64,000 nt of DNA. It comes from an uncultured virus (IMG/VR IMGVR_UViG_2882234885_000004) (lineage: Duplodnaviria > Heunggongvirae > Uroviricota > Caudoviricetes). The notes under the pieces are model-generated. The model did not search any database. It was given only the letters and a program-made list of their open reading frames with translations, and was not told the origin of the DNA. Location of the stretch: the IMG/VR virus record IMGVR_UViG_2882234885_000004, one strand, 5' to 3'. Within the stretch, counting starts at the first letter, position 1, and every line of letters starts with the position of its first letter. The position numbers were made by a program, and so were the translations under genes. Below, one piece after another: positions 37,200-47,257 of the stretch.

Positions 37200-38618
37200 T
37201 TGAAGTCGCGGATGTCCTGTTATGACACCATCTTATTCACTCTTCTGTGTTTCAATTATGCTACAAGAAAATCTCTGATGCTACTGAACTTTTCTGACAT
37301 CACAATCTACTACGCCATTCAACGTGGACTGAGTGAAAAAACAATCAGCACATCCTCTATTCGGTACAGGAAAGATAAGGGGGAGAGAAAACATAAGCTG
37401 ACCTATCTCACTATTACACGAACTGGCATTCATTATCTGGCAACTCAATGTGCTCGGCATGTGGAGTGGCTGAAATATTTGCCTAACGATTTAGCAAAGG
37501 TCCGCATCCGGGGAGTCCGATGTGCGATGGCACAAGTTGAGCGATTTACCAGGATGTCAATAGCGGCACAAGCTGCAAACTCAATCGGCGCGTCCGTAAA
37601 ACCAATGTATCTCACAGTAGACAAGGACGCACTCGTTGAACATGATACCTTGGAACGGGCAGAGTCTGTAACCGGGGCCATGAATTCTGACAACACGGGC
37701 ACCTGGTGGATGGACGAATCCTTTATGGATGCCTCCATTGACGACTTCTTTCTGGGCGAAGACGGCGAGCCGGATGAACAAAGCGAGGTCTTACTTGAAG
37801 ACGACACCACCGATGAAGTAGATGACCGGGAACCCCAGATGCTCCTTTCGACGATAGTGTACAACGCCATGAGAGAAGCAGAGGCTAAGAACAGATATCC
37901 AAATGAGAAAGCAGATATTATATTCCATTCATCGAGAGAGATTAAATCTATTCTGAATGCGAACATCAAGTCCGCAAACAGTACACTGGCATCACGGGAC
38001 TTGATGATTTGCCGGTACTCAGGTCTTTTAGAAAGCTGTTCCAACTCCCTGTTGCTGTATGTGCCCAATGCGATGGGGATGGACTGGAGAGAACGAATCG
38101 TACGGAAAGAGGTTGCAACCCATACGGCCTTTGCGAAGCTGTTCTCAAAATTTGGCCCTATCCGGTATGACCGGCAACATGGAGCGGTACTTGTTCAGAA
38201 CGAAAAAATGCTGGGAGACATTTTCTTTGACAGGCAACACCGGCGTGGTGATAACGAGGTCCTTGGGAGGTCGTTCAATAAATTCTACGTCATCCCACTG
38301 GACAAGGGTGGGATGGATGACCTGCGCACAATCATGACGAAGGATTTAGACAAAATGAGGAAGCAGCTCTTGGAAGCGGCAATAAGAAGCGGGGTCTATC
38401 AGAGAAATGATAAGTTGAGCACAGAGCTTTTCCCACTGCAGAATCAGGAGGGAACCCTGATAGCCGATGGGACAATCATGGATTTAGTCCAGATAAATGC
38501 CATAGAGACGCTGGCCTCGCATATTCCTGACCTTCAATACGGAGTGTTATGTCGGAAGCGCCATCTCCCATATTATCAACGCATCATGCCGAGAGCATGT
38601 TTCATGTTAGTCGAGTGA
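37200..38618 (+). CDS. Hypothetical protein, possible replication-relaxation-type DNA-processing enzyme
   Basis: Winged-helix-like YLTITRTGIHYL; last gene of the transfer region; no HUH motif seen. Confidence 0.35.
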   Translation: MKSRMSCYDTILFTLLCFNYATRKSLMLLNFSDITIYYAIQRGLSEKTISTSSIRYRKDKGERKHKLTYLTITRTGIHYLATQCARHVEWLKYLPNDLAKVRIRGVRCAMAQVERFTRMSIAAQAANSIGASVKPMYLTVDKDALVEHDTLERAESVTGAMNSDNTGTWWMDESFMDASIDDFFLGEDGEPDEQSEVLLEDDTTDEVDDREPQMLLSTIVYNAMREAEAKNRYPNEKADIIFHSSREIKSILNANIKSANSTLASRDLMICRYSGLLESCSNSLLLYVPNAMGMDWRERIVRKEVATHTAFAKLFSKFGPIRYDRQHGAVLVQNEKMLGDIFFDRQHRRGDNEVLGRSFNKFYVIPLDKGGMDDLRTIMTKDLDKMRKQLLEAAIRSGVYQRNDKLSTELFPLQNQEGTLIADGTIMDLVQINAIETLASHIPDLQYGVLCRKRHLPYYQRIMPRACFMLVE

Positions 38619-38671
38619 CTTGTAAGAAGGTTAAAATTCCATTGTAGCGAAGCTCGACGCAAATGAAAATA

Positions 38672-38700
38672 TTGCACTATTTATTATTATATGGTACAAT
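38672..38700 (+). promoter_or_regulatory. Promoter (repeated family)
   Basis: TTGCAC-17-TACAAT. Confidence 0.7.
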
Positions 38701-38729
38701 ATGATTAAACTGAGAGAGGAGGCTTCCGC

Positions 38730-39185
38730 ATGTACGACATTACACTCAACGGAATTACACGGAGCGCGGAATTCGTCATGGACCTGGAAAACCACATTCT
38801 GACGAGAACACAGCTCATCATAGAAGACGGAGCGGATAACGAGAACGCCGACGTGCTGGAGGTACATATCCGTGACAGAGATAGCCCATCCAACATGACA
38901 GTCGCATGGATGGTCCTGTATGGAGACAAAGGTGCCATCATTGACGCCATCAAGGATAAATTCCCGATGGCGAAGCTGGAGACAGAGGCCATCTTCAATG
39001 CGTTTGCGCAGGACGAGCTTGAGGTGAGCGTATGCTATACCTATCCTCTCGACGGCGAGCTGACCCGCATCATGAAGAACTCCAAAACCTATCGTGCCTT
39101 GTGTGCAGCACAACTAGGTATCGTTGCAAACATGTGGGGGCTTGAGCAAAACCAAGTCCGCGTATTGGAACATACGAATAGCTGA
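38730..39185 (+). CDS. Hypothetical protein
   Basis: GAGGAGG RBS, own promoter and a downstream hairpin. Confidence 0.75.
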   Translation: MYDITLNGITRSAEFVMDLENHILTRTQLIIEDGADNENADVLEVHIRDRDSPSNMTVAWMVLYGDKGAIIDAIKDKFPMAKLETEAIFNAFAQDELEVSVCYTYPLDGELTRIMKNSKTYRALCAAQLGIVANMWGLEQNQVRVLEHTNS

Positions 39186-39310
39186 TAATAGAGAGCGCAT
39201 TGCATGAATGGGAACCTGCCCAGTTATGTGTGCGCTCTCTTCTCGTCTTGACTATGAGCGGGCGGCATGATAAAAATATAGCATAGAAACTAAATGAGGA
39301 GAGGTCGCTC

Positions 39311-39646
39311 GTGGTTTACACATTGGAAGAGATTAGCCGCCTAGTGCAGCCAGTCGCAGAGAAATATCATCTCAAAACTGTGTACATCTTCGGCTCCTAT
39401 GCTCGCGGCGAAGCTCAGGATAATAGCGACATTGATTTGCTGGTGGATTTAACAGGCGCAGACCTGTCTGAATTCTTTGCGGTGGGCGGCCTCTACAATG
39501 ACTTGGAGGACGCACTGCAAAAGCACATCAACTTCATGACAACCGGCTCATTGAACCAGATGTGTCTCAAGAGGAGCGACCGCCTCCTGCGTAATGCAAT
39601 CCAGGCCGAGATGAAGGAAATCTATACTTCCAAGAGGGGAGAATGA
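39311..39646 (+). CDS. Minimal nucleotidyltransferase (MNT antitoxin-like)
   Basis: IFGSYARGEA..SDIDLLVD. Confidence 0.9.
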   Translation: MVYTLEEISRLVQPVAEKYHLKTVYIFGSYARGEAQDNSDIDLLVDLTGADLSEFFAVGGLYNDLEDALQKHINFMTTGSLNQMCLKRSDRLLRNAIQAEMKEIYTSKRGE

Positions 39647-39650
39647 TAAT

Positions 39651-41213
39651 GTGTCAATCTTTGATTCGAAAAGAGATGTCCGGCGCGATGTGAAACCGCA
39701 GTATATCAAACTATGGCTTCCGTGTGGGATTCTTGCAGTAATTGGAACGCTTATCAATTCGGAATTCATATTTCCACTACTGGTTGTTGGCACATGGGCG
39801 CTCGCTGCGGGGATGAACAGTGAATTGATTAAAAGTTGGGAACAGGTCCGCGACGATAAACTATACGCCGATGTCGCGGACCAAGACAAGTTCATTCAAT
39901 TCACCCTCGGTGGGAACCTTGTGACTCACATTGCCTTCGAATGTGGGGTCATTGCAGTAGCCGCAATTCTGTGTTCGCCTATTTTTAATCATACCGGCAT
40001 CGGTAGTGTCGGCTTCATTGGGGCAGCTTTGTTTTTCTTGATTCTGACCGTGAGCCAGTATTATTTCTTCATGGTTGGACGGGCGATTTTCCGGGATGTT
40101 GAAGGCAAGAATCACTACCCGGACGGGAGCGATTACATCCCAGGAGTGACTTTTGCAGAAGCATATAAACAGTACCGTCAAGAGCAAGAGGAATCCACAA
40201 AACGGTGGCAGGAAAACCAGGCTAAGAAAGCGGCCGAAGAAGCGCGGAAGGCAGAGGAAGAGAAAAGAGCCGATGAGGAACTGCAAAAAGCACGTGAGGC
40301 CAGTGAATCGGCACGGGCTGCGCATATTGCAGAGTATGAGCGCGATAAGGGGCCTGGCCGGAAAAAGGTCTGGGAGTGGCTGAACATCGGATGGAATCTT
40401 GATTTCCCAGATGAGGTCTGCGATATTATTGCTGACTATACTTATGGCCGTACAGAGGGCATTACAGGGCGAAGGATAAAGATGCTGCTGTCAGGTGTCG
40501 TGCCCGATAATGAAGCCGCACAGTATGCACGGAAATTTGACTCCATGAATTTCGCTGTTCGTAAGCTGCGCAGTGAGGAAGAAGACCGCGAAGCCATCGC
40601 AGCCCAGCAGAATCCGCTCGGGGTAGAGGGAGAGGCCAATGTCAACTACATGCTGAAATGGTGGCTCAGTTCTCATCCTGGCTACATCATGGTAGCCAGT
40701 GACTGCTTCAGTCAGTACAGCGCAAGTTGTATCCGACTCGCTGCATGGGACTTCATGCGGGAACCTCAGGAAATCGACCATCTTCTGGTTGGCCCGGCAG
40801 GTGTCATCCACATTGAGACGAAGGATTACATCGGCAGCATTGATGTGCAGACCACAACCTACTGGCGGCGGGATAAAGGGAACAATGGCCAGTCTGTTCC
40901 CTTCAACAGCCCGGCGTTCCAGGTCAACCGGCATGATGCGGTGATAAAGCACATCGTGGGCCCTGATGTTCCTGTCCATGCAGTCATCTGCCTAGCGAAC
41001 AAAAACGTGGAGCTGCTCCACGCAGAGAAAAGCGAAATCCCTATCGTATGTCTCCGCGATATGGAGACCTACCTCAACAACCTGGATAGCGGCGAAGCCA
41101 ACCGGCTCGACGATGCGACGGTGAAGAAGGTCTATCAGCAGATTGAAGACGCCAAGGTGCGGAATTCCAAGAAGCGAGCGGAATATGAAAAAACTCGCGC
41201 CGACAAGCGATGA
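39651..41213 (+). CDS. Membrane protein with a coiled coil and a C-terminal NERD nuclease-related domain
   Basis: About 4 TM helices; GVEGE, EIDHLLVGPAGVIHIETK, SPAFQ. Confidence 0.8.
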   Translation: MSIFDSKRDVRRDVKPQYIKLWLPCGILAVIGTLINSEFIFPLLVVGTWALAAGMNSELIKSWEQVRDDKLYADVADQDKFIQFTLGGNLVTHIAFECGVIAVAAILCSPIFNHTGIGSVGFIGAALFFLILTVSQYYFFMVGRAIFRDVEGKNHYPDGSDYIPGVTFAEAYKQYRQEQEESTKRWQENQAKKAAEEARKAEEEKRADEELQKAREASESARAAHIAEYERDKGPGRKKVWEWLNIGWNLDFPDEVCDIIADYTYGRTEGITGRRIKMLLSGVVPDNEAAQYARKFDSMNFAVRKLRSEEEDREAIAAQQNPLGVEGEANVNYMLKWWLSSHPGYIMVASDCFSQYSASCIRLAAWDFMREPQEIDHLLVGPAGVIHIETKDYIGSIDVQTTTYWRRDKGNNGQSVPFNSPAFQVNRHDAVIKHIVGPDVPVHAVICLANKNVELLHAEKSEIPIVCLRDMETYLNNLDSGEANRLDDATVKKVYQQIEDAKVRNSKKRAEYEKTRADKR

Positions 41214-41279
41214 TTTTACAAGCCCAGTGTACACGATTCCATGTACACTGGGTTCTTTTATCAAAATTCTCGCCTAATA

Positions 41280-41308
41280 TTGATTATTTTAGCGTTATAT
41301 GGTATAAT
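41280..41308 (+). promoter_or_regulatory. Promoter (repeated family), preceded by terminator 41223-41260
   Basis: TTGATT-17-TATAAT. Confidence 0.75.
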
Positions 41309-41361
41309 ATTATTATAGATTTTCTATGGATTTGTACTGCTTTCCGGTGGAGGGAAAATGT

Positions 41362-41538
41362 ATGGGAGCGACCAGAATAGCAAGCAGGAAAGTATTCGAG
41401 CAATGCAAAACTTGTCCGCAGTACAATCCAAATAGCTATACCTGCAAGTCAGGATTTCAAACATACTACTACCGACGAAGCAAAGCGCTTCCATGCAGAA
41501 AGAGCGCGCAAAGGAGTGATACGAACCATGGATGTTAG
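41362..41538 (+). CDS. Small Cys-rich hypothetical protein
   Basis: GGAGGG RBS; CKTC motif. Confidence 0.4.
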   Translation: MGATRIASRKVFEQCKTCPQYNPNSYTCKSGFQTYYYRRSKALPCRKSAQRSDTNHGC

Positions 41539-41986
41539 GCTAATCAATGCTAACTCACTTCACAAAGTCATCAGTGAATGGCCGGAGCCTGTTATGTACA
41601 AAGACTGGGTGCAATCCGCCATCGCTTACGAACCCACAATTCCAGTTACAGTGCCTATCTCGCCATGTGCGTCATGCGGATATCATGGAGAGCACCTGGA
41701 AGCGCCTCCATGTACCAACTGCCCTGCACATCCAAAACAGACTTCGACTCATCAGCCGCTGCTGCTGTCCAGGCTCCAACGGATGGACGGTAAGCCGATT
41801 TGGTATGTGGACCTCAAGACAGGCCACTGCGAGTGGTGCATCCTGCGGGTCATCCACCCGGATTGCTTTGGCCAGGCTGGCGGGTCTAACAAGTGCAGTG
41901 TGAGTTACCAGACCTATGGGGTCACATGGCTTGCCTACCAGTACGAGGTCTATCCCGCGAAAGGTGGTGCATCGGGCAATGCATGA
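41528..41986 (+). CDS. Phage-like hypothetical protein
   Basis: RLINANSL N-terminus, CxxC pairs, YGVTWLAY. Confidence 0.65.
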   Translation: MDVRLINANSLHKVISEWPEPVMYKDWVQSAIAYEPTIPVTVPISPCASCGYHGEHLEAPPCTNCPAHPKQTSTHQPLLLSRLQRMDGKPIWYVDLKTGHCEWCILRVIHPDCFGQAGGSNKCSVSYQTYGVTWLAYQYEVYPAKGGASGNA

Positions 41987-42185
41987 GCTCCTCTGTTCAA
42001 AGTGCCGGAGGCGAATCGTGCTCCCGGCCTTTTCAAAGGGCATCTGTAAGCGATGCGGCGCATCTCTGGTTTGCGCCAACACACCGCCGGATGTCCTCTG
42101 TCCAGAATGTGCAAATAGAGAGAACCGCTGCATTCATTGCGGCGCAAAATTGACGGAGGGTGGAGATGGCAACATATCCGATTGA
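41979..42185 (+). CDS. Small Zn-finger protein (four CxxC)
   Basis: CSKC, CKRC, CPEC, CIHC. Confidence 0.65.
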   Translation: MHELLCSKCRRRIVLPAFSKGICKRCGASLVCANTPPDVLCPECANRENRCIHCGAKLTEGGDGNISD

Positions 42186-42546
42186 TGCATATGCGCTCAG
42201 GAAGAAGCTGATAGATAAATATGGGCTCCGTCTGGACCTTGATGGCCAGGAAGTCCTGAAAGGTGCTATCGCCGAGATTCGCAGTATGCCTGCGCTCAAA
42301 GGCTATCACAATTCAAAACTCAGCATAAGCGACCTTCGACACCTGCCCGATGGAAAATGGGTGTGGATTGAGCGCATTGACCAGTGTGGTGATTGGCCGT
42401 CCGCGTACTATCAGAAAGAGCCGGATTTCACGAGAGGGCGGGCATTCTGCTGTGGCTACCCCAATCATTCTTTCTCCTTCGATTGCAGGGATTACGGCCA
42501 CACCTGGACAGCATACCAGTTCGAACCGCAGAAGGGGGATGCCTAA
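42166..42546 (+). CDS. Phage-like hypothetical protein, paralogous to 41528
   Basis: PIDAYAL; DGKWVW; YGHTWTAY. Confidence 0.65.
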   Translation: MATYPIDAYALRKKLIDKYGLRLDLDGQEVLKGAIAEIRSMPALKGYHNSKLSISDLRHLPDGKWVWIERIDQCGDWPSAYYQKEPDFTRGRAFCCGYPNHSFSFDCRDYGHTWTAYQFEPQKGDA

Positions 42547-43184
42547 TGGAAAAGCCAATCATCATTCAGGAAGATATGATTCCGGCCATCCCTGCAAAAA
42601 TCAAGGTCACGACCCGGCAGGTTGTAAAGGCGGCGGACTGGAACAATGCGCCCACAGACACATCTCCATTCCGCATCGATAACCTGCACTGGGTCTGGCA
42701 GTCTAAAGACAAGACAAAATCCGTTGGTGTGGTCCAGCCAGTACAGCCTGGGGATATCCTCTGGGTCAAGGAAGCCTGGCGGCCGGTAGAGGCGTCTTCC
42801 GCCGGGTGGTGCAAAATCGAGTACAAGGATGGGGCCATTCTGTCCTATGATGAAGTCATCGGATTACCCAGCAAGGAAGGAGCGTGGCGTTCACCGCTCA
42901 TGATGCCCCGGAAAATCGCACGGTATCTGCTCCGTGTGACCGAGGTGACGCCGGAGCGGCTGCAGAAAATCAACGCCATCGGCGCTTACGATGAAGGGGC
43001 AGTCAGAGGGCCGCACTTTGTCAGCTATGGTGGCGAACGGTGCCTGGCCCTACATAGCCGCTACCGGGACGACTTTGCCGCAGCCTGGAACCGGAATGTA
43101 CCGGAGATGCTGATGGATACCTGCGGCTGGGATGCGGACCCGTGGGTGTGGGTCATCCGCTTTGAGTTGTGTGATGGCCTATGA
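42546..43184 (+). CDS. ASCH/PUA-like phage protein
   Basis: KVTTRQ, GDILWVKE, WRSPLMMPR, ERLQKI, PWVWVIRF. Confidence 0.7.
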   Translation: MEKPIIIQEDMIPAIPAKIKVTTRQVVKAADWNNAPTDTSPFRIDNLHWVWQSKDKTKSVGVVQPVQPGDILWVKEAWRPVEASSAGWCKIEYKDGAILSYDEVIGLPSKEGAWRSPLMMPRKIARYLLRVTEVTPERLQKINAIGAYDEGAVRGPHFVSYGGERCLALHSRYRDDFAAAWNRNVPEMLMDTCGWDADPWVWVIRFELCDGL

Positions 43185-43813
43185 AGACGGACCTGACGCT
43201 CAAGCTGGAGCGGGAGATATGGCTGGCCACAGTCAAGCAGGGAGTATTTGGCTGCTATGAGGTCACTATCGGACAATATGGCCGCGAGCGGGTGGACTTC
43301 ATGACCATGGACACCAAGGGCATTTTCCGGTGCTACGAAATCAAAATCAGCAAGAGCGACTTCCACAGCTCCGCCGCACAGACCTTCTGCGGCCACTACA
43401 ACTACTTTGTCATGCCCCGGGCTCTCTATGAACAGGTCAAGGCAGAGATTCCAAAGGACATCGGCGTGTTCTGCGAAGCCAGGTTCCGTGATGGCACTGC
43501 GTATGAGCAGGCCCCATGTGTCTGTGTGAAGCGGGCGCAACGCCGGGAACTGACCGTATCTGTTGATGTGCTCAAGGACAGCCTCATCCGCTCCCTATCC
43601 CGGGATGTAGGCAAGCAGGTACACAGCGGCAGCCCGACTCTCATAGAGCTGTACAATAGAGAGCTGGCGGAGGAACGGCACTTGTCCGAGTATTACCGGA
43701 AGCAGTGCGATATACTGCGTGGCCAGTACGAGAATCTGTACAAGGTCGTCGCTCAGACCTATGGGGAGCAGTGGGAGAGCGGCCCGGGTAAAGATTTTGC
43801 AGACAGCATTTGA
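43181..43813 (+). CDS. PD-(D/E)xK nuclease-like protein (MmcB-like)
   Basis: EVTI..RVDFM..YEIKISKSDF..YNYFVMP. Confidence 0.7.
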   Translation: MKTDLTLKLEREIWLATVKQGVFGCYEVTIGQYGRERVDFMTMDTKGIFRCYEIKISKSDFHSSAAQTFCGHYNYFVMPRALYEQVKAEIPKDIGVFCEARFRDGTAYEQAPCVCVKRAQRRELTVSVDVLKDSLIRSLSRDVGKQVHSGSPTLIELYNRELAEERHLSEYYRKQCDILRGQYENLYKVVAQTYGEQWESGPGKDFADSI

Positions 43814-43863
43814 TACTTCGTAAAACGGATGTTCGGTTTTGATTTAGGGGGTATGTAGTAGAG

Positions 43864-44061
43864 ATGCCGGATGAGCGCTATGTAGTCACACAACATGCAA
43901 ACCTATCCAGGCCACACGACACGCGCTATGTCGTGTTTGACCTCGAAGATTTTAAAATTATAGACGATGCCAATGGATACGGATACAAGTCTGTGCAGGA
44001 AGCCCACGCTGCACTTGTCCGCATGAGGAGGTCTGCGCTGAAAAGAGGGGATAGTGCGTGA
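43864..44061 (+). CDS. Small hypothetical protein
   Basis: IIDDANGYGYKS; stop overlaps the next start. Confidence 0.55.
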   Translation: MPDERYVVTQHANLSRPHDTRYVVFDLEDFKIIDDANGYGYKSVQEAHAALVRMRRSALKRGDSA

Positions 44062-44429
44062 AATGTGAAAAGTGTTCGAAGAATATCTTTCCGGCATATG
44101 CGGTCATCTTGGATGTATCGGTGAGCAGCAGACAGTATCTGTCTGGTAATCCTGGGGCATCCCGCCGCAGCTCTGTCACCTTGTGCCCACAGTGCGCTGC
44201 TTCAATAACGAGTAACCTGGAGTCTCTGTCGGGTTCTATCCAGGCGCTGATTCTTGGCAGAAATTTGCCGGAAATGGCCGCGATGAAGGAGCGCATCGAA
44301 CTGCTCCGCCAGGAGCGGGACGACGCCCGAGCGCAGTTTGACATGTACGGCGGTGACGAGGGTATCACAGCTATGCTGGAAGAACTGGAGGTGTTGCGGA
44401 AGACACATCCATCCACGCCAGACAAATAG
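44058..44429 (+). CDS. Hypothetical protein with a Zn ribbon and coiled coil
   Basis: CEKC..CPQC; coupled start. Confidence 0.55.
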   Translation: MKCEKCSKNIFPAYAVILDVSVSSRQYLSGNPGASRRSSVTLCPQCAASITSNLESLSGSIQALILGRNLPEMAAMKERIELLRQERDDARAQFDMYGGDEGITAMLEELEVLRKTHPSTPDK

Positions 44430-44440
44430 GGGAGGGGCAT

Positions 44441-45226
44441 ATGGAGAAGAAAAAGCACTCAATACTCATCGTCCTCGTCCCGGTTCTACTCATTGGTGCA
44501 GTCATTGCCGGGTGGTACTACCTGCGGACCTGGCCGCTGCGGTTCCAGGGGCAACTGGACGATTTCTTTGGAAAGGACAACTGGGACATCTCTGAGGATA
44601 CCAAAGAAAGCCTGATGTACGATAAGAACATCACCATTCGGGATGCCGCATGGTCATCTGAAGAGATTCCTGGCAAATTCCATGAGTGGGATATCTCCTT
44701 CACGAACCGGAACGGCGATACGGAAGTCTGGACCATCTCAGACCATACAATGAAGATAAATCACGATAAATACTGGCTCCTAAGCCCTGACCGCTACTCT
44801 GCAAAGCAGTCCCTTGGCCAGGAATTGATGGACATATCCTTCTCCATGGCAGGGGAGCAGGTCCATAAAAAAATCCTCCAGGCTCTATTGCCAGGCGTTG
44901 AAGCAGACTGCGTTGTTGTGGACATCTCCTACCGGGGCGGTAGGCCGGACCCGGAACTGTATGACGAACTGCTGGATGCACCATGGTTCACCGCGAACGA
45001 TGTGACTGCAGAGGATTTCCTCCGCAGCGACCTCAATGACTTCTACCTCGACATCTACGCCTATGACTATCGGGTAGACAAGTTGTCCTCCGATGAACGC
45101 AGGCACCTTCTCGGGAGCCTGACGGATATCGAAAACCTGCTGAAAGACACCTACGGAGACTATGTGGACTACGAAATTTACTTGGGCGACGGGTGTCGAG
45201 CGGAATATAGGGGACCCAAGGGCTGA
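44441..45226 (+). CDS. Membrane-anchored acidic protein
   Basis: N-terminal TM helix; GGGGAGG RBS. Confidence 0.7.
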   Translation: MEKKKHSILIVLVPVLLIGAVIAGWYYLRTWPLRFQGQLDDFFGKDNWDISEDTKESLMYDKNITIRDAAWSSEEIPGKFHEWDISFTNRNGDTEVWTISDHTMKINHDKYWLLSPDRYSAKQSLGQELMDISFSMAGEQVHKKILQALLPGVEADCVVVDISYRGGRPDPELYDELLDAPWFTANDVTAEDFLRSDLNDFYLDIYAYDYRVDKLSSDERRHLLGSLTDIENLLKDTYGDYVDYEIYLGDGCRAEYRGPKG

Positions 45227-45390
45227 TTTTCGCAGTCAATAAGCTGACAGTGCGAGGAGGGGCCGCCAGCAGGCGGTTTTCTCCCCGCTCTTTTCTGCCT
45301 CTCTCGGTGTTCGCCAGATGGCCCCAAAAATCAAATTTCCTCTATCCAGACAAATGTGTTATAATGCACAGCACACGGGGGTGGTCTCAT

Positions 45391-45912
45391 ATGCTCATCT
45401 ATCTCTCCATGATTGAGAGTGAAGCCGATAAATCACTGTTTGAGCAACTCTATATCCGGTACAAAGGGCTGATGTACCACATCGCGTATCGGATTTTACA
45501 GAACCGGGAGGACGCAGAAGATGCCGTCCACCAGGCTTTCGTGTCTCTTGCGAAAAATATTAAAAAAATTACAGAGGTCGACTGTCCGAAAACCTATGGT
45601 TACATCGTTACTATTATTGAGAGGAAATCTATTGACAGTCTAAGAGCGAATAAGCACATTGTCAGCACGGATTTTGAAGAGTCTGAACCTGGCATAGAAA
45701 TCCCACCGCCGGGAGAGGGAGGTCTTGCAGATGCCATAGCAAAATTGAATCCCCGCTACCGGGAAGTCATCCTGCTTCACTATGCCTATGGGTACAAGAC
45801 CAGCGAGTTGGCCGACATGCTGGACATGAAGCAGGACTCCGTTCGCAGATTACTTTGGCGTGCAAAGGAGGCTCTTAGAAAGAACTTAGAGGAAGGAGGT
45901 ATTCCAGTATGA
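45391..45912 (+). CDS. ECF RNA polymerase sigma factor
   Basis: DAEDAVHQAF (region 2); LNPRYREVILLHY..ELADML..VRRLLWRAK (region 4). Confidence 0.9.
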   Translation: MLIYLSMIESEADKSLFEQLYIRYKGLMYHIAYRILQNREDAEDAVHQAFVSLAKNIKKITEVDCPKTYGYIVTIIERKSIDSLRANKHIVSTDFEESEPGIEIPPPGEGGLADAIAKLNPRYREVILLHYAYGYKTSELADMLDMKQDSVRRLLWRAKEALRKNLEEGGIPV

Positions 45913-46601
45913 GAGACCAACTGACAGATGAGATGTTGACTCAGGCGGCAAAGCAAGTCGCGGTATCCATGAAAGCGTCCCTGCCGGTCCCCGAAGAATG
46001 CCACCATGAATTTCCTCCCGAATTCGAGCGTGATATGAAACGGCTCATTGCCCAGACGGAGCGAAGGCGTATTATGCGCAGATATCTCCAGAGAGTCGTT
46101 GCGGCCTGCCTAGCTGTGGTCATCAGCCTGAGCGCCTGGCTGGCCGTTGATGCAGAGGCCCGGGCGGCCTTTGTTCAGTGGGTCAAAACTGTCTATGAGC
46201 AGTCTGTTGTCTACGAGTTCTTCCATTCTGGAGTTGAACAGGCTGATACCAGCTACAGACTTGGTTGGGTGCCGGAAGGCTACACCATGGAAAATGAGGT
46301 GAGTGGAGATGTCATTACCACTCTCATTTATCTCAGCGGTGAGGATGCTATCTACTTCACTTACGAACAGGCAGAGGATGGTGCTCAAACCAAGCTATTC
46401 ACTGATGATGCAAATACGGAACCTGTTATGGTCCATGGAGTAGAGGGAGAATTCTATTTGTCTCAAGACAACGCTGAATCCAATAGCCTAGTATGGTTTG
46501 ATGGAGAAAACAACATCCTGTTTTCTATCTCTGGCTTCATAGACAAGGAGACAATGATAAAAATGGCAGAGTCTGTTGAAATCATAGAACCGTCAAATTA
46601 G
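45909..46601 (+). CDS. Membrane anti-sigma factor, DUF4367-like
   Basis: HEFPPEFE, TM helix, WVPEGY, LVW..ISG..MIKMAESV; coupled to the sigma gene. Confidence 0.8.
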   Translation: MRDQLTDEMLTQAAKQVAVSMKASLPVPEECHHEFPPEFERDMKRLIAQTERRRIMRRYLQRVVAACLAVVISLSAWLAVDAEARAAFVQWVKTVYEQSVVYEFFHSGVEQADTSYRLGWVPEGYTMENEVSGDVITTLIYLSGEDAIYFTYEQAEDGAQTKLFTDDANTEPVMVHGVEGEFYLSQDNAESNSLVWFDGENNILFSISGFIDKETMIKMAESVEIIEPSN

Positions 46602-46721
46602 ATAAAAACTGGCTCCAATTTTATGCTTAATGACGAAAAACAAAAGTTGAAGTCGAGGACTGTCCGATATCACCTCTTTGTGACGTTTCTCCTAGTAGAA
46701 CGTCACAAGGAGGTGAATTTT

Positions 46722-47084
46722 TTGAAGAAGCGACTTCTGCCTTTGGGACTTGCAGTAGTGCTTGCTATCGGAATGACTATCTGTGCCTCGGCCGCTGAAC
46801 CTCAGATTGAGCCTCGGCTCCTTCAGGTCCACTCCGCTTTGACCTTTTCGGGGACAACTGCTAATTGTGAAGCAATGATTACCAGTGCCTCTGATAGTAT
46901 TAAGGCCACTATGACGCTGAAGCAGGGGAACAGAGTTGTCGATTCCTGGTCCGGTTCCGGCACTGGCATAGTCTTTCTGGAGGGCGATTGTAAAGTCACC
47001 AAGGGTGTGACCTACACGCTCACAGTTGAAGGAACTCGGAATGGAGTTGCTTTTGAACCAGCAACAGTTACCAGAACCTGCTGA
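46722..47084 (+). CDS. Small secreted beta-rich protein
   Basis: AAGGAGGTG RBS, TTG start, signal peptide ending ASA. Confidence 0.75.
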   Translation: MKKRLLPLGLAVVLAIGMTICASAAEPQIEPRLLQVHSALTFSGTTANCEAMITSASDSIKATMTLKQGNRVVDSWSGSGTGIVFLEGDCKVTKGVTYTLTVEGTRNGVAFEPATVTRTC

Positions 47085-47257
47085 TTCCAGGTTCAGCGCA
47101 GATTTAATCTGGAAAAGGACATATTTCATATGGTCAATATGAGATATGGCAGGTACAGGATTTTTGTACTAACGAAGTGTGTTTCATGGATTAACGAAGA
47201 TTTGCAATCCTTTCCACAGAGAAAACCTGCAAACAAACAAGAAAGGATGCAAGTAAA

